From positions 1 through 32,000 of the forward strand of contig JAUYGA010000030.1 of NCBI GenBank assembly GCA_030690755.1: 32,000 nucleotides of DNA, in the 5' to 3' direction. The first letter of the stretch is position 1. Every line of letters begins with the position of its first letter. Source of the stretch: Nanobdellota archaeon (GTDB taxonomy: Archaea > Nanobdellota > Nanobdellia > Woesearchaeales > JAUYGA01). Below are positions 23,863 through 32,000 of the stretch, piece after piece. The notes beneath the pieces are model-generated. The model was not told where the DNA came from, searched no databases, and was given only the letters and a program-made list of their open reading frames with translations. The position numbers and the translations under genes are program-made.

Positions 23863-24385
23863 TGCGCGATTCTACTTTTTCTTCTTTTTTAGGTTTTTTA
23901 GATTCAACCTTAGGAATAACTATTGTTTCCTTTATTTCCTTCACTTTTTTAGGTGTAGGATTCTTTTTTATGTCAGCGGCAATCTTGTCTAAAAATGATT
24001 TTCCTATTGGTGTGATTATTTTTCCTTTATGAACACCCTTTTCAACCTGTTTTATGAAGCCGGCTTTCTCAAGCTGCTGCAGAATCTTTCGGATTATATT
24101 GCCTGAACCAATTCTGAAATGCGCAGGAGCAACCCCTCGTCTTTTCTTGCTGCCATACTTTACTCTCAGCTTACTGACGCCTATAGGTCCTAATCTGTAA
24201 ACATTTTTTAGAATAGAAGCAGCTCTGAAATACCACCAGTCTTCATCAATCGGGGGTCTTTCCCTGCTGACGCCTGTCTTGACATATTCAGCCCACTCAG
24301 GGGCCTTTATTGCATTCACTTTCTTAAGTTCTGCAGCAGCTCTTTCGACAAGTTCCTGCTGATCAACATCATATGTGGTAACCAT
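23852..24385 (-). CDS. rps19e: 30S ribosomal protein S19e with a K-rich C-terminal tail
   Basis: It has PEWAEYVKTGVSRERPP..DWWYFRAASILKNVY...GVSKLRVKYG...GSGNIIRKILQQLEKAG. Confidence 0.9.
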   Translation of the reverse strand: MVTTYDVDQQELVERAAAELKKVNAIKAPEWAEYVKTGVSRERPPIDEDWWYFRAASILKNVYRLGPIGVSKLRVKYGSKKRRGVAPAHFRIGSGNIIRKILQQLEKAGFIKQVEKGVHKGKIITPIGKSFLDKIAADIKKNPTPKKVKEIKETIVIPKVESKKPKKEEKVESRSEE

Positions 24386-24544
24386 TTTAGTATTATACCC
24401 CTAACGTTTGTATGCGACCTTGCGGTCTTTGATGCAGTACATTTGGAACATACCGCAGAAACCTTGACTATGCAAGATTTAATTGAATCAATTGCAGAAA
24501 ACTGAGTTAGTTTATAAATGTTTCTCAGATTTTTTTTAAAATAA

Positions 24545-25801
24545 TCACGCCGCCTTCATCAGTTTCATTATGAGTTCATTGCTTCTCTTTATTCCTTCAG
24601 GTATCCTATCTTTGAAAAATTCTTTTGTCGCATCAAACTGCAAACCATATCCTTCTAAGTCGCCATGATCGACGATACTTGCCCACTCTCTAACTGCAGT
24701 ATGAAATTCTAAATCATCCCCTCTTATGTTTTTATCAAACAATGCTGCATTTATTGATTCTTCAAGAAGTTCAGGATTTCTGAACAGGTATTCTGCTATT
24801 CCAAGCCTTAGCCTATATACTGGTGTCTGGCATATTAAGTTCTCATAAGGTTTTATGTTCAACTTATGCCACGCATCGACCATTGTGAGTATGCTCAGAT
24901 GTGAATTCGGTTTCCTTTGTTTCTGGCTGCCGAGGCTGAATTCCCCCAGTATCTTGTCGTCAAGTATTATTGAATCAGATGTATTGAAGACAAATTCTCC
25001 TGCTTTTGTTATCCTTTCTCTGAAATCTTTTTCTTTTTCCTGAATCATCATCTTGAATAATTCTGATTCTGACTGCGCATATTGTTTTATTCTTTCTTTT
25101 GCATAAGGATTTAAGATTGCGATTCCTGAATATATGTGGGCTTTCCCTCCGTAAATTCGAAGAGTCATCAAAACTTTGACATTATCTATGCCGCCCATAT
25201 ATGCTGGATTTGCCCAGGGAAAGAATCCTGCGTTTTTCCATGCTGTTCCCATGCTTTCAAAACACACATGAGTTACTGCTTGAGTGTCTGCTGTGATTTT
25301 GTCATGCTCTTCATATCCTGGAATTTCTATTATTTTAGAACCTAACTTTTCAAATGTTTCTAATGCGCGAGCATACGCTTCATCAGAACTTCTATGCCTG
25401 ATGACTGCCAACGTCTGTCCTGCTGTGCTTATAGTTGGGCTGTGCAATGAATGGCATGTCACAATATTTACATCGCTAGGAAGATATTTTTCAAAGGCAT
25501 TAATTTCAGGTGTTTTTACAGAAGTTTGTCCAGCGACAATTGCGCCTTTTTTTGTTGACGGGCCGAACTGTTTGACGACATCCCCTATATTGTCTGCTTC
25601 CACTGAATAGATTATCAGATCGCTTGTTCTTGAGACTGCGATTCCGTCATTTAGAATTTTGATGTTTGTGTCTTTCAGTTCTTCCTCTAACTGGCTTCTT
25701 TTTTCCGGCAGGTCGCAACCATTGACATGATATCCATTTCTAGAGAATTCTTTTGCATATAATTTTCCCATGTCTCCTAATCCGATGATGCCTATTTCCA
25801 T
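24545..25801 (-). CDS. tyrA: prephenate dehydrogenase (TyrA family)
   Basis: It has a Rossmann N-terminus (IGIIGLGDMGKLYAKEF) and a size and C-terminal region like NADP-type prephenate dehydrogenases. I chose the start at MEIGIIG (25801). The ORF track extends to 25837 and would overlap the upstream gene. Confidence 0.7.
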   Translation of the reverse strand: MEIGIIGLGDMGKLYAKEFSRNGYHVNGCDLPEKRSQLEEELKDTNIKILNDGIAVSRTSDLIIYSVEADNIGDVVKQFGPSTKKGAIVAGQTSVKTPEINAFEKYLPSDVNIVTCHSLHSPTISTAGQTLAVIRHRSSDEAYARALETFEKLGSKIIEIPGYEEHDKITADTQAVTHVCFESMGTAWKNAGFFPWANPAYMGGIDNVKVLMTLRIYGGKAHIYSGIAILNPYAKERIKQYAQSESELFKMMIQEKEKDFRERITKAGEFVFNTSDSIILDDKILGEFSLGSQKQRKPNSHLSILTMVDAWHKLNIKPYENLICQTPVYRLRLGIAEYLFRNPELLEESINAALFDKNIRGDDLEFHTAVREWASIVDHGDLEGYGLQFDATKEFFKDRIPEGIKRSNELIMKLMKAA

Positions 25802-25823
25802 TAAGAAACAAAATACACTATTT

Positions 25824-26411
25824 CTATTTTGATGCAAACTTATATTCTTCTGTCCTTGCAGACATGATTACTTTGCTGCACTTTGTATTGTCTAGGGCAG
25901 AAAGTTCCTCTTCCAGGCCTTCTCTTGATTCTACTTTTGTGCATATGTAAATAGGTGTTGATGATATCTGAGATGGTCTGCGTTGGGCTGCAAGAGTTTT
26001 CAGACTGAAATCTTGTATTGCTATATCATATTGCCCTGCTGTTTGTCCAATTTGCGCGACAATATGTCCTATGTCCTTAGTTTCTGATAAATTGACAAAA
26101 GATAATCCAGCATAATTCAGAGATATGAATTCCATCGCAGTTAGGATATAAGCTCTAGGGTTTCTTCCGAAATTATTAAAAGTGAAGTTATTGAAAGGAA
26201 AAGGTATTGGACTTGCTGGTTTAAGGTCCCATACAAGTTCGCCAGAATATGATAATTTTTGTCTCTCTTCGTTTGTGTGATCATAGATGATTTTACCTTT
26301 CTCTGCATTAAACTCGCATCTGTCGGGTTTGTCTTTAGCTGGTTGAAAGTTTCTGTGCAGAGTGGTTAGAACATCTGCCAGAGTGTTTAATTTTACTTTT
26401 CCATTATCCAT
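25824..26411 (-). CDS. hypothetical protein (195 aa)
   Basis: This ORF lies on the same strand immediately upstream of tyrA. I recognise no motif. Confidence 0.45.
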   Translation of the reverse strand: MDNGKVKLNTLADVLTTLHRNFQPAKDKPDRCEFNAEKGKIIYDHTNEERQKLSYSGELVWDLKPASPIPFPFNNFTFNNFGRNPRAYILTAMEFISLNYAGLSFVNLSETKDIGHIVAQIGQTAGQYDIAIQDFSLKTLAAQRRPSQISSTPIYICTKVESREGLEEELSALDNTKCSKVIMSARTEEYKFASK

Positions 26412-26541
26412 TTTTATGCCCCCTGTGATTATTTGGCTTTTTAATTAAAATCAATTTAATTAAAAATCTTAGAACCCCTTTTTTTAAACTGAAAGCAAAT
26501 AAAGATTTAAAAAATTAATTATTAAAAAATATAAAAATTGT

Positions 26542-27462
26542 TTACTTCTTCCGCTTTTTTGTCTTCTTGATTTCTTTCTCGAGCTTTAGCTTGTCAAGAA
26601 GCTCTGTATAGCGATTTCTGATAGTTACTTCTGTGACGCCTGCAATGTCTGCTACTTCTCTTTGCGTTCTTTTCTCGCCGTGTATCAATGCAGAGACATA
26701 TAGCGCAGCTGCTGCAATTCCTGTCGGTCCTCTTCCTGAGGTTAATTCGGCTTTTTGCGCTTTGTCCAGTATTTCGACAGCTTTTGTCTGCGTATCAGGA
26801 GATAGTTTAAGCGCAGATGAGAATCTTGGTATGTAATCTGCTGGGTTTGATGGTAAAATTGTTATCTGAAGTTCTCTTGTTACAAAGCGGTAGGTTCTGC
26901 CAATTTCCTTTTTTTCAATGTTTGATGCTTCTGAAAGCTCATCAAGCGTTCTTGGGACTTCATGTCTTCTGCATGCAGCATATAATGCTCCTGCAACTAC
27001 AGATTCCATTGATCTTCCTCTGACAAGTCCTCTTTGAACAGCCATGGTGTATATTCTTGCAGCCTCTTCTTCTACAGATGCTGGAAGCTTTAAGTATGAT
27101 GAAACCCGCTTAAGCTCAGCAAGAGCCAGTTTTAGGTTTCTTTCAATTGCAGTTGATATCCTGTACTGCCATTTTCTGAGTCTGAAGAATTTGTTTCTTT
27201 CTTTTCCGCCAAGTTGGTATAAGTCTGATTTTCTTCCGACCTCGGTCCCAAGACCCTGATCGTACTGTGTATAGGTCATTGGCGCGCCTGTTCTTCTTTT
27301 CTTCTCGCCTTCATCGCTTTCGAATTCGCGCCATTCCTGCGAGAAATCAACCATTTTATCTTCAACAACAAGACCGCAGTCCTTACAGATGACTTCACCT
27401 TTATCTCTATTGACGAAAAGGTTTACGCTTCCGCATTCAGGACATTTTTTCCCTATAGCCAT
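26542..27462 (-). CDS. tfb: transcription initiation factor IIB (TFB)
   Basis: It has an N-terminal zinc ribbon (CPECGS...CKDCGLV), two cyclin-like repeats, and a C-terminal KKTKKRKK tail. Confidence 0.92.
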   Translation of the reverse strand: MAIGKKCPECGSVNLFVNRDKGEVICKDCGLVVEDKMVDFSQEWREFESDEGEKKRRTGAPMTYTQYDQGLGTEVGRKSDLYQLGGKERNKFFRLRKWQYRISTAIERNLKLALAELKRVSSYLKLPASVEEEAARIYTMAVQRGLVRGRSMESVVAGALYAACRRHEVPRTLDELSEASNIEKKEIGRTYRFVTRELQITILPSNPADYIPRFSSALKLSPDTQTKAVEILDKAQKAELTSGRGPTGIAAAALYVSALIHGEKRTQREVADIAGVTEVTIRNRYTELLDKLKLEKEIKKTKKRKK

Positions 27463-27836
27463 TTTTGACCTCAGATAATTTTGTTCTACCTGTCTTTAGT
27501 TATAATGATTATAAAATTATTAATTACTATGTTAAATATAAAATAGACTAGTCTGCTCTTTTTACTAGTACAAGTCTATTTTCGCCCCCTCAATCTTAAA
27601 TAAATGAATATTAAACCCTATAATATAACTAATGTGTCAAAAATCGATAAAATTGTATTTATCGAATATATCTATTGAAATTACAATAATCTTATATATA
27701 AATTCAGTTCTTAGTATATAAACCTTTCGGTTTTTTTAGAGGATAATGCCAAAAAAAACACTGATTAGGAACCACTTTTGAAGGAGAAAAGCCTGTTGAA
27801 AAAGTTTATTAAGTGCAATTACTGATGCCATAAACT

Positions 27837-29129
27837 ATGGGCAATCTCAATAATTCTAGCAAAAATTCTAGCAAAACAGCATTGCATGTCCCAGAGATTC
27901 TTCTGCCAAACCCGGAAAACAAGGACATAGACTTGAAGTATTGGTCAGTCATCGCATGCGACCAATATACATCTGATAAGGCATATTGGGAAAAAATCGA
28001 GAAAATGACTGCCAACAAGCTTTCTGCAATGCATTTGATTATTCCTGAAGCTTTCCTTAGCAAATCTGATGAAGATTCAATCAATAGGGAGATTGATGAA
28101 AAAAATAGCAAAATGCAGTCATACTTAGATAAAGGCATATTGAAGTCTGAAGGGAATTGTTTTGTTATGGTCGACCGAAAAACACCTTACGAAAAATCAA
28201 GAAAAGGTTTAGTTGTTGCTTTAGATTTGGAAGAGTTTGAACTGACTGATAATGTTGAAAGAACTGAAAGTAAAAGTCTTATCAGAGCAAGCGAAGGAAT
28301 TATAAAAGAAAGATTGCCTGCAAGAATAAAGCTAAGGGAAAAAGCAGCCCTTGAGATGCCGCATATAATTGTCTTGATTGATGACCCCAAAAAAACAGTG
28401 ATTGAGCCATTATTCAAACAAACACCTGATTTAGAGAAACTCTATGATTTTAAGCTGATGGAAAAATCAGGGAGACTAAAAGGCTACAAGATTTCCAAAA
28501 AACAAATAATCGGAAAAATTGAAAAATCCTTGGCCGCATTGAAACAGAAAAATGGGTTTATTTATGCAATCGGCGATGGCAATCATTCATTTGCCGCAGC
28601 AAAAATGCATTGGGAAATGCTTAAAAGTAATGGAGCAGAGATGAATCATCCTGCCAGATATCTGCTCGTAGAGTTGATGAACATACACGATTCTGGAATA
28701 AAATTCTATCCGATACACCGAGTTGTTTTCAATACAGAACTCAAAGAGCTGCTTGACAAGATGGACGTTTTTTTCAAAAAGAAAGGTACCAAGATTATTC
28801 TTGATGAAAAAAATCCTAAAGGACAAAAGATAACAATCTTATCTGGAAAGAAAAGACTTTCATTGTCGCTAAAAAATTCAGAATTTATCATAGAGTCGTT
28901 CCAGAACTTTCTGGATAGTTTTTCAGATAAGGATATTGACTACATCCATGAGGAGAAAAAAGTTCGGGAGCTTGCAAAAAAAGGAAACATCGGTTTTCTG
29001 CTTCCACCTATAAAAAAGGCAGAGTTTTTCAAAATAATAAGAAAACAGGGAATGCTCCCAAAAAAAAGTTTCTCAATCGGCCATTCGGACGAAAAACGGT
29101 TTTATTTGGAATGCAGAAAAATCCGCTGA
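27837..29129 (+). CDS. DUF1015-family protein
   Basis: The segment IGDGNHSFAAAK matches the family's conserved (A/G)DG(H/N)H..A motif. The overall length (about 430 aa) also fits. Confidence 0.55.
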   Translation: MGNLNNSSKNSSKTALHVPEILLPNPENKDIDLKYWSVIACDQYTSDKAYWEKIEKMTANKLSAMHLIIPEAFLSKSDEDSINREIDEKNSKMQSYLDKGILKSEGNCFVMVDRKTPYEKSRKGLVVALDLEEFELTDNVERTESKSLIRASEGIIKERLPARIKLREKAALEMPHIIVLIDDPKKTVIEPLFKQTPDLEKLYDFKLMEKSGRLKGYKISKKQIIGKIEKSLAALKQKNGFIYAIGDGNHSFAAAKMHWEMLKSNGAEMNHPARYLLVELMNIHDSGIKFYPIHRVVFNTELKELLDKMDVFFKKKGTKIILDEKNPKGQKITILSGKKRLSLSLKNSEFIIESFQNFLDSFSDKDIDYIHEEKKVRELAKKGNIGFLLPPIKKAEFFKIIRKQGMLPKKSFSIGHSDEKRFYLECRKIR

Positions 29130-29238
29130 TGTTTCTTGCGAGCCATAATCAGTTCTTTAAACGATAAGTAAAAACACTGTTATTTATAAAGAAAAAACGT
29201 AAAGTTTATATAAATAACTGATATTTTAATATCATAAA

Positions 29239-30099
29239 ATGGAAAATTACATTACCATAGAGATGCTTGAAGAAAACAGGCCTTTATTAATTGGAAGAAT
29301 ATTTACAGAAATGCAGCTAAGCATATTGAAAAAAAAATTACAAAAAAAACCTTTGAATTCCAACGAGAAAACGTATTATTATAAGTTTATTAAGCCAAAA
29401 ATTCGCGCAATGATGGCCTTCTTCAACATTAATGAGCTAAACGTCAATGGCAAGGAATTTATTAAAGAACAACGTTCGGAGGAGGCTATACAGATAGTTC
29501 ATAAGCTGGAACAAAAACATAAAGGCAAAAAAATCATCCTTTCAGGGTCATTCTTATTCAATAAAACATACAATGATGTTGATGTATTTATTTTTTCAAA
29601 ATACGATAAAGAGGATTATCAGAAAGGTAAGATTCATGTTACGTTCTTGCCTGAATCTAATCTTGGTTCGTTATTTTTTAACTCATTATCTAAAATTAGC
29701 GTAAGTAATTTCAACTACACTGCAAAGACGGAGTTTGACATAGGATTAAATAGCGTGTTGCAAACATACGAATTATTAATTAATGCAATTCTAAATAAGG
29801 AAGATCATGAAAAGAATCTCAGAGACTTCATCCTGCAAACAGAATATATCTCTAAAGGCGTTGTTTTGAACCCCAAACAATTATATTATACTCAAGAGAA
29901 ACTTTCACGCAAAAATCTCGACATTTTGTCCAATACGTTTATTAATTCGTTGACATTAAGCTATACTGCAAAAACTTTAAAGACAAAACTTAAAGCGCAG
30001 GTTAATGATTACAAAAAATTATTGATAGAATACAAGAATGCTAAGAACCTGCCGATATATATTGATACATATTCAAAGGTGATTTCGCTTGCAAACTGA
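29239..30099 (+). CDS. nucleotidyltransferase-domain protein (minimal NTase core with N-terminal and C-terminal helical regions)
   Basis: It has an NTase signature (LSGSFLFNKTYNDVDVFIF, i.e. GS-x9-13-DxD). Confidence 0.6.
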   Translation: MENYITIEMLEENRPLLIGRIFTEMQLSILKKKLQKKPLNSNEKTYYYKFIKPKIRAMMAFFNINELNVNGKEFIKEQRSEEAIQIVHKLEQKHKGKKIILSGSFLFNKTYNDVDVFIFSKYDKEDYQKGKIHVTFLPESNLGSLFFNSLSKISVSNFNYTAKTEFDIGLNSVLQTYELLINAILNKEDHEKNLRDFILQTEYISKGVVLNPKQLYYTQEKLSRKNLDILSNTFINSLTLSYTAKTLKTKLKAQVNDYKKLLIEYKNAKNLPIYIDTYSKVISLAN

Positions 30100-30406
30100 C
30101 GAAGCCAAAGCATTAATAAACGCGATTTTGGGGTCTGATGTAAGATTTGATGGGCACTTCGATAAATGTTTTTCTAATATTAAAGACGCTCAGCAAGAAG
30201 AGATTATTGAATGGGTTAAGGCATGTAAAGAGCTAAAGAGCAGTCCAATACAATCAAAAACCAACAGTGAGATGATAGGATTTGTAAAGCGGATAGGAAG
30301 CAACCTTAGAGCAATACTAACTAAAGAGAAGAAAGGATATTTTATTGAATTATTCCTTGACAAGCATAAATATTATGAAACAGAAATGAAAAAACTCGGA
30401 TTCTAA
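30089..30406 (+). CDS. hypothetical protein (105 aa), overlapping the upstream NTase gene by 11 nt
   Basis: This is an ORF-track entry. The overlap suggests co-translation with the NTase gene. No motif is recognised and no Rx4-6H HEPN signature is seen. Confidence 0.4.
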   Translation: MQTDEAKALINAILGSDVRFDGHFDKCFSNIKDAQQEEIIEWVKACKELKSSPIQSKTNSEMIGFVKRIGSNLRAILTKEKKGYFIELFLDKHKYYETEMKKLGF

Positions 30407-30471
30407 AAATATCATGCGCCGACTTATTCTCGTAATGCTTTTTATATTCTTTCTCTTCTTCTTTCATTTTC

Positions 30472-30550
30472 CTGTGTTTTATGAAATGGTTGCACGCAAA
30501 ATAAGATACTCCAACAAACAGGACGGCCAATATTATGATATTACAATTCT
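30472..30550 (-). pseudogene. relic copy of the dedA 3' end (direct repeat R1)
   Basis: A gapless hand alignment with 31700-31778 gives 63 of 79 identical positions. The relic translates as ...AVLFVGVSYFACNHFIKHRK, against the dedA C-terminus ...AVLLVGVSYFVYHHFIKHRK. Confidence 0.75.
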
Positions 30551-31015
30551 TATAGTTTCTCTTTGTATTTTTATTATCAATTCTTTTACTCGTTTTAGCT
30601 CGTTCAAGTCTATGCTTGTTTCCACGCCGTAAGTTGATGTTTCTCTGCTTTCTCTTATTGTCGGATTTGTTATGCTTTTTTCAACATCCAATGTGTCGAA
30701 TTGTGTTACTAAGTCTTTATCTAATTCAATTTTTCCTTCATCGATCAGCGTTAGTACTGCTGTTACAGTGCATGCCTGGTTTTTTGAGATATAACCATGC
30801 TTTGCAAGTATTGCCAGAAAGCAGTGATAGATAGAATAAAACCCCACATTTAGGGCCCAGTCATACATTTTTTGTTTTTCAAGAGCTTGTACAACTAGGT
30901 AATTATGTTCTGACTTTTTTATATGCTTTCGAGCTAAATCCATGTCGGGTTTTGCTTTTACAAGTCTCTTTGGCTCGCTTAGACACCATTTCAGGTGTTT
31001 GTCTGCTTGCGGCAT
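30533..31015 (-). CDS. HEPN-domain protein (partner of the upstream MNT)
   Basis: It has a helical profile and a C-terminal RESRETSTYG segment (the R-x-x-R-x-x-x-x-Y type seen in archaeal HEPN domains). It overlaps the upstream NTase gene by 25 nt. Confidence 0.65.
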   Translation of the reverse strand: MPQADKHLKWCLSEPKRLVKAKPDMDLARKHIKKSEHNYLVVQALEKQKMYDWALNVGFYSIYHCFLAILAKHGYISKNQACTVTAVLTLIDEGKIELDKDLVTQFDTLDVEKSITNPTIRESRETSTYGVETSIDLNELKRVKELIIKIQRETIRIVIS

Positions 31016-31626
31016 TTTTTTATTACCTCAGCGTATTTTTCAGGGTTGTGAAATATTAAATTTTCTGATAGTATGCTGTAAAATATCTTGTCTTCCTTGT
31101 TTGATGCAATGTCTTTTTCAGTTATTTCCACATAGCGTATTGGTTTTTCCACCAATCCTGAATGTCTTATTTCGTTTTTGATTTTTCGTATTTCATCTGT
31201 TTTGCTTTTGTCATAAATCAACAGGACATCAATATCATCATACTCTCTGCTTTTTATTGATGAGCCGAAAACCAAGCCGGTTTGTGCGTATGAGTTGAAT
31301 TTTTTTAGGCTGTGCAATGCCACTGTGAGCCATTTTGGAAATTCCTCGAGGCTCAAAATATACTCGATAAATTTGATTGCTAATGGATTGCTGTAATTGT
31401 ATGAAAAATATGACGCATTGCCCATATCCTCCTTGATTAATATATTTTTTTCTGTCAAAAGGTGGCACAGCTTGTTTGCATGGGCGTGGTTAATTTTCAG
31501 TATTTTAGCCAACTGTCTGGCATTATATTTCTCTCTGTAATGCTTGAATATGTATTTGGCAATCTGAATTTCTATTTTTGTGAATTGTATGTTATTAGCA
31601 GTCATATGTATGCTATAAACATACAA
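30991..31626 (-). CDS. wHTH plus minimal nucleotidyltransferase (MNT) protein
   Basis: It has an HTH-like segment (ARQLAKILKINHAHANKLCHLLTEKNIL) and an NTase signature (LVFGSSIKSREYDDIDVLLIY). The true start is possibly MTANN at 31605. Confidence 0.7.
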   Translation of the reverse strand: MYVYSIHMTANNIQFTKIEIQIAKYIFKHYREKYNARQLAKILKINHAHANKLCHLLTEKNILIKEDMGNASYFSYNYSNPLAIKFIEYILSLEEFPKWLTVALHSLKKFNSYAQTGLVFGSSIKSREYDDIDVLLIYDKSKTDEIRKIKNEIRHSGLVEKPIRYVEITEKDIASNKEDKIFYSILSENLIFHNPEKYAEVIKKCRKQTNT

Positions 31627-31683
31627 AGATATTTAAATGTTTCGGTCAAAAACCATTTTTACAGTGTTGGCAGGTATTTGCTC

Positions 31684-32000
31684 TTACTCGTTTATTTTTC
31701 TGTGCTTTATGAAATGGTGGTACACAAAATAAGATACCCCGACCAACAAAACTGCCAATATTATTATGTCAAGAATCTGGCTGTATTTGAGTATTTCATC
31801 CCAGTTACTTTTCAGGTAAAATCCGACAACTGTCAGGAATGTGTTCCATAATCCTGCGCCCAAAACAGTGTAGAATGAGAATTTCCAGATATTCATCTCA
31901 GCGATTCCTGCAGGGATAGATATCAGATGCCTGACAACAGGTATGAATCTGCTGATAAAAATAGTCGGACTGCCATGCTTTTTGAAGAAACTATGGGTCC
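31684..32000 (-). CDS. dedA: DedA-family membrane protein, C-terminal part (the gene runs off the right edge)
   Basis: The reverse translation contains RFIPVVRHLISIPAGIAEMNIWKFSFYTVLGAGLWN, a typical DedA/SNARE-associated segment. Confidence 0.75.
   Translation of the reverse strand, partial: THSFFKKHGSPTIFISRFIPVVRHLISIPAGIAEMNIWKFSFYTVLGAGLWNTFLTVVGFYLKSNWDEILKYSQILDIIILAVLLVGVSYFVYHHFIKHRKINE
31700..31778 (-). repeat. direct repeat R2 (functional dedA 3' end) matching R1 at 30472-30550
   Basis: See R1. The two copies are 1228 bp apart and bracket the MNT-HEPN pair. Confidence 0.75.

Noticed and set aside
30342-30632. Two short track ORFs (62 aa on the minus strand, 72 aa on the plus strand) between the two NTase modules.
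   Set aside because: The minus-strand ORF is the translated relic of the dedA 3' end (repeat R1), and the plus-strand ORF is its antisense shadow. Neither is likely to be an independent gene.

Overview
The window is visibly AT-rich and looks archaeal, probably from a small-genome DPANN-like lineage. That placement is inferred from gene content. It carries TFB, aIF2-gamma, ribosomal proteins S6e/L31e/L39e/S19e, a PDCD5-like DNA-binding protein, a family-B DNA polymerase, and TATA-like boxes about 25-30 nt upstream of several ATGs. Housekeeping genes include purD, a PurN-like formyltransferase, LL-DAP aminotransferase, prephenate dehydrogenase, NIF3, CYTH, two paralogous Nudix hydrolases and an HD hydrolase. 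Accessory content is interleaved with them: an IS110-type transposase N-terminus at the left edge, a DUF4143 ATPase with a nuclease-like small protein beside a tRNA, and two nucleotidyltransferase modules, one a classic MNT-HEPN pair.

The most unusual signals are non-coding:
- A 110-nt tRNA gene has a textbook bulge-helix-bulge intron in its T-loop. It combines a Ser-like class II body with a UAU anticodon, and a 35-nt copy of its anticodon/variable arm lies upstream.
- A GC-rich structured element occurs in three copies (12469-12613, 20003-20104, 20140-20219) with compensatory base-pair changes. I cannot assign it to any known RNA class.
- A C/D-box-like K-turn hairpin has its 24-nt 5' end repeated 160 bp upstream.
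- The last two features lie in an unusually long (about 750 bp) ORF-poor island between convergent genes.

Other points of interest:
- A group-3-type [NiFe]-hydrogenase has its small and large subunit genes separated by four unrelated genes plus one GC-rich element. A REC-HPt fusion gene follows.
- The MNT-HEPN cassette is bracketed by 79-bp direct repeats of the dedA 3' end.

All protein calls come from motif recognition by eye. No database search, HMM or covariance model was run.
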